Position numbers and translations under genes: made by a program. A stretch of DNA of 63,434 nucleotides. It comes from an uncultured Clostridia bacterium. Lineage in GTDB: Bacteria; Bacillota; Clostridia; UMGS1883. Shown here piece by piece: positions 48,723 to 57,066 of the stretch (positions are counted from its first letter, which is position 1; every line of letters begins with the position of its first letter). The notes beneath the pieces are model-generated. The model had not been told where the DNA came from and made no database searches. It saw only the letters and a program-made list of their open reading frames with translations. Location of the stretch: the NCBI GenBank assembly GCA_947630975.1, contig CANRJP010000003.1, positions 1 through 63,434 on the forward strand, given 5' to 3'.

Positions 48723-49065
48723 GGGGCTGAAAAAAAATGGCGCAGACCGTTCAAGGGCTTAAAGCCTTTATTTAAGGCAAATGTGGAACGTTATATATTC
48801 GTTTAGTAAAAACAAAATAATGAATTAATGTAGAAAATTCGCCCTAACGAGCGAATTTTCTTGTTTTTATGCCCTTGAACTACGAACGAAAATCACCCTC
48901 GGCGTACCTATGTACGCCGTCGGGAGGGCTTTCTCGGCGGCAGGCATTCGCCTGTTTACACGCCGCTTCGCGGCGCCGCCTGCGAGAGCTGATTTTCGTC
49001 CGTTCTGCACGATTTTTTTTGACAGCCCCCGTGCCTCCATGTTACATAGTCAGTTTTTTACGGCC
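48723..49065 (+). repeat. Family B modular intergenic element with nested C module
   Basis: It has the same block order as 22002..22318. From ATGCCCTTGAAC (48869) to the right-hand T-run (49020) it matches the 22002 copy apart from a base change and a T-run length difference. Confidence 0.85.
48881..49001 (+). repeat. C module nested in a family B element
   Basis: By eye it is identical to the copy at 22170..22290. Confidence 0.75.
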
Positions 49066-49068
49066 TCT

Positions 49069-50469
49069 TTAATATAAAACAGCCTCGGCCAAAGCGTTCA
49101 CGTCGATTATGCTCTCGCCGTTGCCGATATTCAAAGCCGGAATGGGGAAGCCGTCAAGCATGAATTTTATGTCGCTGCTCACTATATCAACGGTATCGGG
49201 TTCCAAGTTGGCGCCAAGCTTTACGCTCCATTGAACATTTTCCGGCTTTGTTATTGTGGTGGTGCGGGCCTCACCGTCCCAGTCCATATTGAAGCCCAAG
49301 GGTTTCAAGGAGCTTTCGCTGACGTATACGCTGCCGTTCAAGGTGTACGCGGGAATGGCGGCTCCGTTGATATACACGGCGGCGTTTTGGAGGGCATGAG
49401 CCACCACGGTGGACTGTCCGCCGCGGGGTATTATCGACGGAATATAGTGTATGCCGTGCTTTTTCAGATATTCTGCCGCCGGTGTGCCGTCCACGCAAAA
49501 GACCGTCAGCTTGTAGTTGTCCTTGAACACACAGTAAGGGTTCTTGGTTCTTTCATTATCAGGCGCCACGCCGTCAATGGCGCAGTATTCCTCATAATGA
49601 CTTGAATACCGGTTGTCCACTACATAGGCCCCGCATCTAAATTCGAAATCAGGCACCGGTATAACAAGAGTACGCAAATTTTTACAGCCGTGAAAAGTCC
49701 TGCCGTGGGCTCCGAAAACATTGTTGTCAAGACAGATATAATCCAGCGCCGTACAATCTTTGAAAAGCTCCTTCGGTAGCTCCTGATTAAAATAATCTCT
49801 GGCTATATAATTTAAAGTCTCATCGTCTTTAATATTATGATAACGCTTGGCTACTTCAAGTAAGGCTTCAAGGGAGGTATTGAAGTGAACCGTTCTCAAA
49901 TTTTTGCAGTTCTCAAAAATATCCGACGAAATCAAATCGTTGTATGTGACCTCCTCGATTGCGGTATTGCTTAGAGCACCGCTGCCGAGACCGGCATTGA
50001 TTATATTTTTTCCGTCGGAGGAAACCGTATGCAGCTTAGGGCAGCGCGCCAATGCTCCCGACTCCACAGAAACATGGGTATCAAGATTAATATACTCCAG
50101 ATTGGGTAATTTAAACCATCCCACAGGTACATTACGACCAAAAACGCCTAAAATCAAATTATTATCCGGCAGAATAAGGCGTTTGAGGTTATCGGAAAGA
50201 AAATTGTAAGGCTCAACATGATACACACGCTTTCCGTCTATTTCCGCCGGAATTACAATTTCTTCCTTTTCCTGACCGGCTTCCGTAAGGCCCGATATTA
50301 CAACACGTTCATCAGGAATGGTGATATATTCTCCATTTTCACCTTCCTCGTAGCCGTCCTTATAGTAATAGACAAAATCCCCGGCCTCATGATATTCCCT
50401 TGGCCTCAAATCCGCCGACGCCGGTATTGACAAAATGAGCGCCAACACTATCAACAATGCTTTTTTCAT
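49069..50469 (-). CDS. Secreted BspA-type leucine-rich-repeat protein with a C-terminal CAO-N-like module (paralog 1)
   Basis: 466 aa with a signal peptide. LRR_5-like repeats are present (FENCKNLRTVHF, FKDCTALDYICL, FHGCKNLRTLVIP). The last 115 aa or so are identical to the paralog at 50677..51981. Confidence 0.8.
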   Translation of the reverse strand: MKKALLIVLALILSIPASADLRPREYHEAGDFVYYYKDGYEEGENGEYITIPDERVVISGLTEAGQEKEEIVIPAEIDGKRVYHVEPYNFLSDNLKRLILPDNNLILGVFGRNVPVGWFKLPNLEYINLDTHVSVESGALARCPKLHTVSSDGKNIINAGLGSGALSNTAIEEVTYNDLISSDIFENCKNLRTVHFNTSLEALLEVAKRYHNIKDDETLNYIARDYFNQELPKELFKDCTALDYICLDNNVFGAHGRTFHGCKNLRTLVIPVPDFEFRCGAYVVDNRYSSHYEEYCAIDGVAPDNERTKNPYCVFKDNYKLTVFCVDGTPAAEYLKKHGIHYIPSIIPRGGQSTVVAHALQNAAVYINGAAIPAYTLNGSVYVSESSLKPLGFNMDWDGEARTTTITKPENVQWSVKLGANLEPDTVDIVSSDIKFMLDGFPIPALNIGNGESIIDVNALAEAVLY

Positions 50470-50501
50470 ATACTTATACCCCCATTATTTTAATTCAATT
50501 T

Positions 50502-50680
50502 TTAAGGCAATACCGCACAAAGACCGCCTGTGAGCTTTGTACCCATCTTGCTTGCATCTTTTCCGACGTATCTTACGAAAACTCCTTGAAATACGACAGG
50601 TATCCTATGGTCGTTTTCGTAATTCCGTCAAAAAATCTGCCGCGCAATATGGGCACAATCTCTGTGCGGTATTGCCTTAA
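50502..50680 (-). mobile_element. MITE family A, copy 3, flanked by TTAA
   Basis: TIRs are at 50506 onward and ending at 50676 (one mismatch, CAGAG versus CAAAG). TTAA occurs at 50502-50505 and 50677-50680. The right TTAA supplies the TAA stop of the LRR gene 50677..51981. Confidence 0.85.
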
Positions 50681-51981
50681 TACTGCACCGCCTCGGCCAA
50701 AGCGTTCACATCGATTATGCTCTCGCCGTTGCCGATATTCAAAGCCGGAATGGGAAAGCCGTCAAGCATAAATTTTATGTCGCTGCTCACTATGTCAACG
50801 GTATCGGGTTCCAAGTTGGCGCCAAGCTTTACGCTCCATTGAACATTTTCCGGCTTTGTTATTGTGGTGGTGCGGGCCTCGCCGTCCCAGTCCATATTGA
50901 AGCCCAAGGGTTTCAAGGAGCTTTCGCTGACGTATACGCTGCCGTTAAGCGTGTACGCGGGAATGGCGGCTCCGTTGATATACACGGCGGCGTTTTGGAG
51001 GGCATGAGCCACCACGGTGGAAGGTTCGCCGTTATTTATGACGGAGCCTATGAAGGGAATATTCGCTTCCCGCGCATAATCCTCAACCGTTGTACCCGCC
51101 TTGCCGAACACGGTCAATCTTGGGCAATCCGCGAAGGGGTCTATCTCTAAAGCCACGTCCGACGCCGGGAACACCGCCGTTCTGACATTTTTACAGTTTT
51201 TAAAAACTCCGTCCCTTACCGTCTTAATGCTTTGGGGAAAGTGCAGATAGTCCAACGATACGCAATTTTTAAAACCGCCGCTGTTCAAAAACGTGCAGTT
51301 TTCCGTCATATGAACGGCACGGAGATTTTGACAGTCGGCAAACACCTCGCGCTCCAATGTGGCGGTATTCAGCTTTCTGCCCAATGTGCCAACCAAGTCC
51401 CTGTCGAGGATTATCTCCTCAACAGCCGTTCCCTCAAAGGCATTATCGCCCAGCAGCCAAGCCTTATCAACAAGATTTTTCCCGTCGGAGGTAAACGTCT
51501 TAAGCTTCGGACAGCCTTTATAAGAGCCTTCGCCGCCGAACACCGACGGGAAAAGAGTGACGTGAGGGTACATTCCCTTAACCGACAATTCGACCTTTGT
51601 GTCCAGATTTATACTCTCCAAATTCGGGCACTCCATTGACTGCCTCATAAAAACATCTACTGTTCCCGGCAATGTCAATTTTTTCAGTTTGCCGCTTCTT
51701 ATGCCGTCGGTTTCTATGCCGAGTACGACAATACCGTCGATTTCTCCGGGAATGGTTATCTCTTCCAGCTCCTTAGCCCGCTCGGTAAGGCCGTGTACAT
51801 ACCAAGCTTCAATGTCGTTTAGATACACCGAAAGGGAGCGGGTATTACAGTCAAAGTATGTTCCTTTTCTGTAAATTATCCCGTCACGTTCAACAAGCAC
51901 GGGCGTTTCGTCCTCGGAAAAACAGGTGCCGCAGGTGAATATAAGCGCGAATAATAAAACATGGGCTAATATTTTTTTCAT
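50677..51981 (-). CDS. Secreted BspA-type leucine-rich-repeat protein with a C-terminal CAO-N-like module (paralog 2)
   Basis: 434 aa with a signal peptide and AAAGGAGG RBS. LRR_5-like repeats are present (FADCQNLRAVHM, FKNCVSLDYLHF, FKNCKNVRTAVF). Its stop codon lies in the target-site duplication of a MITE. Confidence 0.8.
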   Translation of the reverse strand: MKKILAHVLLFALIFTCGTCFSEDETPVLVERDGIIYRKGTYFDCNTRSLSVYLNDIEAWYVHGLTERAKELEEITIPGEIDGIVVLGIETDGIRSGKLKKLTLPGTVDVFMRQSMECPNLESINLDTKVELSVKGMYPHVTLFPSVFGGEGSYKGCPKLKTFTSDGKNLVDKAWLLGDNAFEGTAVEEIILDRDLVGTLGRKLNTATLEREVFADCQNLRAVHMTENCTFLNSGGFKNCVSLDYLHFPQSIKTVRDGVFKNCKNVRTAVFPASDVALEIDPFADCPRLTVFGKAGTTVEDYAREANIPFIGSVINNGEPSTVVAHALQNAAVYINGAAIPAYTLNGSVYVSESSLKPLGFNMDWDGEARTTTITKPENVQWSVKLGANLEPDTVDIVSSDIKFMLDGFPIPALNIGNGESIIDVNALAEAVQY

Positions 51982-52082
51982 ATAACGCGCCTCCTTTTAT
52001 AGTATAGACGTAAAATATTCTAAAAAAGTTCCATGTTTTTCAAATTTTTTCAAAATTTTTTAAAAAATTTTGAAAAACATTA

Positions 52083-52110
52083 TAAGCCCTCGGCGCTAAC
52101 CGGGGGCTTA
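52083..52110 (-). terminator. Intrinsic terminator of the secreted GH105 gene
   Basis: TAAGCCCCCGG-TTAGCG-CCGAGGGCTTA on the minus strand is followed by a T-rich tract. Confidence 0.65.
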
Positions 52111-52126
52111 TAGAGTTTGTTTATTC

Positions 52127-54361
52127 TTATTTAACGGTAGTTTCAACGGCGGTGTCGGGGCCGTAACCCACGATCTCCAGCAGATTGAACCAGTTGGCGC
52201 GGTCGCTGTCGTTGCCGCGGTTTGTGAGCCGGATATATCTCGCGTCGGCGCCGATGTCAAGGACGTTCACCTGGACTCCCTTTGCGGTGGCTCCGTCGCA
52301 AACCTTTGTAAAGTTTACTCCGTCGGAGGAAATCTCCACAGAGAAGGAGGTTGAGCGCTCGTTGTACATCCAGAAGTACAGGCCCAGCTTGGCGACGGTC
52401 TTTACCTCGCCGAAGTCAAAGGTGGCGGTAGTACCCACGGTGTCGTTGGCGTAGCGGGTGGAGGGATCCTTGTCAAAAGCCATTTCAATGCAGTTGAAGG
52501 CTTCGGGTTCGCAGTCCGTGCTTGCGGCGACGGGGCTGAATGCCGCCGGGTCGTGAAGCTCGGCCACGTAGTCAACAAAGCCCTTATCCGCAGATTCCCA
52601 TGTGGGTATTTGACCGGTGGTAAGGATGCCGTCCAGCATATCAAGCATACCGGCCTCGCAGGGATAGAACAGGTTTTCCTTTTGCCCCACGGAAACTATC
52701 TGCCTGTCGCCGTTCCAGTAAACGACCTTGCCAAGAGCCTCGCTGACCGCGCGAAGGGGAACGAGAGTGCGCTCGTTCACAACGGCGGGCATGGCGTCCA
52801 TGGTTTTGGCTTCGCCGTTGACGGTGTAATCCGTGCTGCCGATAGTCATCACAACGGTGCGATCCTTTTTGGTTACGGTTATATTCTGGGTCGCGCCGTC
52901 GTAGTCCACAGTCGCGCCGAGAGCCTCGGCAATGGCCCTTACGGGTACATAAGTCCTGCCGTTTTCGGCGTAGGGAGCGGCCTCGATCTCATCGACCTTA
53001 TTGTTGGAATAAACATAGGGCGAACCCAGCTTCATGGAAACCGTAGCCACGGTGCGCTTCTGGAGGTAGGGATAGAAGCTGCCCACCATGCCGCCGCTGT
53101 AGCGTGCCATCTCGCAGCCGGCCAGAAGGGTGGCGCCCACGGCGAAGTCCTGAGTGTTGTCATAGACGGCGGCCTTACCGGCCTCGCCGCCTACCCACTG
53201 GACGTAGCCAACCTTGCCGTCGGGCTGTATGGCAACCTCGGTCAGGTACTTCCAGCCGCGAAGGGCGCAGTCGATGTAGTCGGCCTCGGGCAGAATACCG
53301 CTGTTGATGCCCCAGAGGAAGCCGTAGGTGAAGAAGGCCGTTCCGCTGGTCTCATAGCCCTGAGGATTGTCGTCGGAGCAGGAATAGCTGTGGGCCAGCA
53401 TGGACTGGGTCCAGAAGCCCCGACCCTGACCGTCCACCTTCTGGCAGTCGCGGATAGCGGCGGCAAAGTCGGTGTATATCTTAAGGAAGAGAGGACGGTG
53501 CTCCCAGTTGTCGGGGGTGTCCTGAAGTATCTTGGCAAGGGCGGCGAATACCCAGCCGTTGCCCCTGGCCCAGAAGTTTTTGGTGGAGGCCAGCTCACCG
53601 GGCAGAGGATTGCGGGGGAACACATAGCCCGCATCGCGGAAGAACAGATGCTTAAAATCGTCGGCTGTGGAGGGCTGTGCTCCGTCGCTGAGCTTCGCGG
53701 AGCTCTTATAGGGCTCGCCCGAGGTGGGTATGCCCTCCTCGCCGTCGTACATCAGCTCGATGGCGTAGGTGAAATACTCATAAAGCTTGTCAAGATACAG
53801 CTCGTTGTCGGTCACAAGGTAGAGCTTGGCCATGACGGGCATAACCATGAACAGGCCGTCGGCCCACCACCAGAAGTCGTCGTTGTCCTTGCTCATCTCG
53901 TACTCCATGACCTCGCGGGCACGGGCAATCTTGCTTTCGTCCTTCACGGTGTCAAAATTGTACAGGTCAATGTAGGTCTGGAAGCAGGTCTGCCAGTCGC
54001 CGAACATGGCGCCGGTGGAGTTCACGTCGCCGGTGTAGCCCCATGTCCACTTGCTCTTGTCGCCGGTGTTGCGGTTGCCCATCCACATATTGGCAAGGGC
54101 CCACTTCTGGCTGTAAAGCCGGTAGGACTCAATGCCCGTGAGCATATAGGCCTCCATATTGCCGGCGTTGTAGGCGCCGCGCTCCCAAAATGCGGAGCCA
54201 ATGTCGTTTTTGTGATTGTTTATCCAGTAATCGTTGACCTTTTCGATGTACTGAACGACCTCGTCCCGGCCCATGACCGGGAGCTCCGCCGCTCCGGCCA
54301 TGGCGGGGATAACGCCCGCCAGCATGGCAACGGCCAGCAGAGCTGACAACAGTTTTTTCAT
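52127..54361 (-). CDS. Secreted GH105 unsaturated rhamnogalacturonyl hydrolase plus CAO-N-like double module plus F5/8 type C (CBM32-like) domain
   Basis: 744 aa with a signal peptide. WARGNGW and FWTQSM GH105 motifs are present, followed by NGRTYVPVRAIAEALGATVDYD and NERTLVPLRAVSEALG repeats and a discoidin-like tail. Confidence 0.88.
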   Translation of the reverse strand: MKKLLSALLAVAMLAGVIPAMAGAAELPVMGRDEVVQYIEKVNDYWINNHKNDIGSAFWERGAYNAGNMEAYMLTGIESYRLYSQKWALANMWMGNRNTGDKSKWTWGYTGDVNSTGAMFGDWQTCFQTYIDLYNFDTVKDESKIARAREVMEYEMSKDNDDFWWWADGLFMVMPVMAKLYLVTDNELYLDKLYEYFTYAIELMYDGEEGIPTSGEPYKSSAKLSDGAQPSTADDFKHLFFRDAGYVFPRNPLPGELASTKNFWARGNGWVFAALAKILQDTPDNWEHRPLFLKIYTDFAAAIRDCQKVDGQGRGFWTQSMLAHSYSCSDDNPQGYETSGTAFFTYGFLWGINSGILPEADYIDCALRGWKYLTEVAIQPDGKVGYVQWVGGEAGKAAVYDNTQDFAVGATLLAGCEMARYSGGMVGSFYPYLQKRTVATVSMKLGSPYVYSNNKVDEIEAAPYAENGRTYVPVRAIAEALGATVDYDGATQNITVTKKDRTVVMTIGSTDYTVNGEAKTMDAMPAVVNERTLVPLRAVSEALGKVVYWNGDRQIVSVGQKENLFYPCEAGMLDMLDGILTTGQIPTWESADKGFVDYVAELHDPAAFSPVAASTDCEPEAFNCIEMAFDKDPSTRYANDTVGTTATFDFGEVKTVAKLGLYFWMYNERSTSFSVEISSDGVNFTKVCDGATAKGVQVNVLDIGADARYIRLTNRGNDSDRANWFNLLEIVGYGPDTAVETTVK

Positions 54362-54506
54362 TTCAATTTACCTCCTGTGTTTAGTGTTACTACCATTATA
54401 TCACTATATCTTACAAAAATAAATGTATGGATTAGTGTTTTTTTCGGCAATATTGACAAGAAAATAAAAGTATGATAAAATAATATAAAATGTGAGGTGT
54501 ATAGCT

Positions 54507-54878
54507 ATGAAAAAGCTTTTTATTACATTTTTTGCCGTGCTTTTCAGCTTATCTCTCTGCTCCTGCGGCGAGAGCCGCGAGCTCGTTGATATGGAAGGGA
54601 GCGACACGGGGGAATATTACGCCGTTACGTGGGAGGACAGGACTTATATCCCATTCTGTGTTGTGGACAAAAATGACCGCGGCGGCCAGATAGGCTATGT
54701 AAACGGCGACAAAGACAACAGGATAAGCGAATATAAGGAGTTCCCGGCCGAGGACTGGCTTGTAAGCTGGATGCCGACGGACGGCGGAGCAATGCTGCTA
54801 AAGGAAAAGAACGTGACTGAAATACCGGAAGGGCTGACGGACGAGTACGGTTACTCAGCGCTGCCGGACACGGAGTGA
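54507..54878 (+). CDS. Small putative lipoprotein
   Basis: 123 aa from the ATG at 54507 (GAGGTG RBS). The sequence MKKLFITFFAVLFSLSLCSCG has a lipobox-like Cys. I recognise no family. Confidence 0.6.
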   Translation: MKKLFITFFAVLFSLSLCSCGESRELVDMEGSDTGEYYAVTWEDRTYIPFCVVDKNDRGGQIGYVNGDKDNRISEYKEFPAEDWLVSWMPTDGGAMLLKEKNVTEIPEGLTDEYGYSALPDTE

Positions 54879-54884
54879 GAATAA

Positions 54885-56411
54885 ATGATAGTTAAGACCT
54901 ACTGCGCCGCCCTGAGCGGCCTTGACGGAAATATCGTAACCATAGAGACCGACGCCTCCGGCGGTATACCGAGGCTGGACATAGTGGGCCTGCCCGACGC
55001 ATCGGTGCGGGAGTCGCAGGAGCGGGTGCGCTCGGCCATATTCAACAGCGGCTTTGATTTTCCGCCCCGCAAACTGGTGATAAATCTGGCTCCCGCCGAC
55101 CTGAAAAAGGAGGGCAGCCAGTACGACCTTCCTATAGCCGTATCCATTCTCGCGGCCACGGAGCAGCTCAAAGGAGACCTGAACGGCACTCTCATGATGG
55201 GCGAGCTGGGGCTTTCCGGTGAGCTTCGGGCCGTGGACGGAGTGCTTTCCAGCGTGCTTTGTGCCCGCTCGAAGGGCTTCAAGGCCGTAATCGTGCCCAA
55301 AGAAAACCTGGGCGAGGCGTCGCTGGTGGACGGGATAGAGATCTACGGGGCCATCAGTCTGGCCGAGGTGATACTTCATCTCTCCGGCTACAGCCCACTG
55401 CCCCGTACGGAATGCTCGGCAAGGGAGATGCTGCGGCAAAATCAGAAATTCGAGGTGGACTTCGACCAGGTGCGGGGCCAGCTTGCCCTGCGGCGCGGCG
55501 TGGAGGTGGCCACCGCCGGAGGACACAACGTGCTGCTCATCGGCAGTCCCGGCAGCGGCAAGTCCATGATTGCCCAGCGCATACCCACCATACTGCCGGA
55601 TATGACTCTCGACGAGGCGCTGGAGGTCACGCGCATATACTCCGTGGCCGGGGAGCTAAAGGGCGGCACGTCCATCATAGCCTCCCGCCCCTTCCGCACG
55701 CCCCACCACACCGCCAGCTCCGTCAGCATCGTGGGCGGCGGGACAAAGGCCAAGCCCGGCGAGCTGTCGCTGGCTCACAACGGAGTGCTGTTTCTGGACG
55801 AGCTTCCGGAGTACAGCAAGGACGTTATCGAGGCCATGCGCCAGCCGCTGGAGGACAAGACCGTCACCGTAACACGGGCGGCGGCCACCTGTACCTACCC
55901 CTGCAACGTCATGCTTGTGGCGGCCATGAATCCCTGCCGCTGCGGCTATTACGGGGACGGGACGGGGCGCTGCCGGTGCAGCGAGAAGGACGTCCGCCGC
56001 TATCTCGGCAGGGTCAGCGGCCCCATGCTGGACCGTATCGACATTCAGCTCGAGGCTCCGGCCCTGAAATACGGCGACCTCATGGCGGAAAAGGGCGAAA
56101 GCTCGGCAAAAATAAAGGCCCGGGTCAACGCCGCCCGCAAAATACAGCAGGAACGCTTCGCCGGTCAGGGCATCACCTGCAACGCACAGATGGGCACCGC
56201 GCAGATCGAGGAATACTGCCGGCTTGGCCCGGAGGAAAGCGAGCTTTTGAAGAACGTTTTCGACGTTATGGGCCTGTCCGCCAGAGCCTATTCCCGAATT
56301 TTGAAGGTGTCGCGCACCATAGCCGATCTGGCCGGACGGGAAAGCATACGGGCCATGGATATAACCGAGGCCGTGGGGTACAGGAGCCTGGATAGGAAAT
56401 ATTGGAACTGA
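54885..56411 (+). CDS. comM: YifB/ComM-family Mg-chelatase-like AAA+ ATPase
   Basis: 508 aa. A Lon-like N-terminus (LDIVGLPDASVRESQERV), Walker A GSPGSGKSM and a ChlI-type C-terminus are present. Confidence 0.93.
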   Translation: MIVKTYCAALSGLDGNIVTIETDASGGIPRLDIVGLPDASVRESQERVRSAIFNSGFDFPPRKLVINLAPADLKKEGSQYDLPIAVSILAATEQLKGDLNGTLMMGELGLSGELRAVDGVLSSVLCARSKGFKAVIVPKENLGEASLVDGIEIYGAISLAEVILHLSGYSPLPRTECSAREMLRQNQKFEVDFDQVRGQLALRRGVEVATAGGHNVLLIGSPGSGKSMIAQRIPTILPDMTLDEALEVTRIYSVAGELKGGTSIIASRPFRTPHHTASSVSIVGGGTKAKPGELSLAHNGVLFLDELPEYSKDVIEAMRQPLEDKTVTVTRAAATCTYPCNVMLVAAMNPCRCGYYGDGTGRCRCSEKDVRRYLGRVSGPMLDRIDIQLEAPALKYGDLMAEKGESSAKIKARVNAARKIQQERFAGQGITCNAQMGTAQIEEYCRLGPEESELLKNVFDVMGLSARAYSRILKVSRTIADLAGRESIRAMDITEAVGYRSLDRKYWN

Positions 56412-56418
56412 GGTTGAT

Positions 56419-56841
56419 ATGGACAATATAATTTTTGAAAAAATAATGCATGATGAAGATGATTTTATAGCAATCAACGTTACAGCTATCTCCGAACTTG
56501 CCATGGCGAAACAGCTTTGCTATCTTCTCAGTAAAAACATTAAAAAAAATTCAAAGTTGCTGATAGATTTTTCTTTGGGTGCAATGCATGAATGCTATGT
56601 GCAGTTTGGTGATAAGGAAGGTGGCTATACACCCACTTTTTCACTGAAATTTATAAAGTCAGACAAATGCGGCCATGTCCTAATTGAAGTTGACATTGAA
56701 ATTAACGACAATAACCAACATGCCCACAGGAGCTGCTTTTATGTGACGAGCGACCTTGGCTCAGTTGAGCGGTTCGGCAAAAAACTCATTGATCTAATAA
56801 ACGGCCCTATATGGATGGAAATCATTTTGAACAGCAAATAA
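56419..56841 (+). CDS. Orphan hypothetical protein in an AT-rich segment
   Basis: 140 aa. The ORF starts 8 nt after the comM stop. Its base composition is visibly much more AT-rich than every neighbouring gene. I recognise no motif. Confidence 0.5.
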   Translation: MDNIIFEKIMHDEDDFIAINVTAISELAMAKQLCYLLSKNIKKNSKLLIDFSLGAMHECYVQFGDKEGGYTPTFSLKFIKSDKCGHVLIEVDIEINDNNQHAHRSCFYVTSDLGSVERFGKKLIDLINGPIWMEIILNSK

Positions 56842-57020
56842 GATATAAATTTAATTTAAAACAATCTATATTATTTGCATAAATTTTCTACAACTCTGAA
56901 ATGGGCGGAGTTTGGGAAGCTGCCGAAAAAGTAAAAAAAATACATAGGCCCGCCGCTGGTGCTTGTGCAAACTTCAAACTAAGTGAAAAAAATATTCTCA
57001 AAATAACGTTACGGAAACAC

Positions 57021-57053
57021 AAATACCCGCGGGGTGCGCCCCGCGGGTATTTT
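57021..57053. terminator. Bidirectional terminator between the comM-side unit and galK
   Basis: ATACCCGCGGGG-TGCG-CCCCGCGGGTAT forms a 12-bp stem. It is followed by TTTGTCATATTTTTTTTT on the plus strand and is T-rich on the minus strand. Confidence 0.75.
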
Positions 57054-57066
57054 GTCATATTTTTTT

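Noticed and set aside
48869-49072. Small ORF MPLNYERKSPSAYLCTPSGGLSRRQAFACLHAASRRRLRELIFV..., found three times (also 22107/22109 onward and, on the other strand, 9023-9283).
   Set aside because: It is the family B/C repeat read in frame. It has no RBS before the ATG (which is part of ATGCCCTTGAAC). The copies differ by indels that would not be tolerated in a protein. Orientation follows the element, not a gene context.
49069-51021. Diversity-generating retroelement (template/variable repeat) as an explanation for the duplicated 345-bp segment.
   Set aside because: No reverse transcriptase is present in the window. The mismatches are transitions in both directions (G/A and A/G) plus a few others, not adenine-specific, and nearly all are synonymous.
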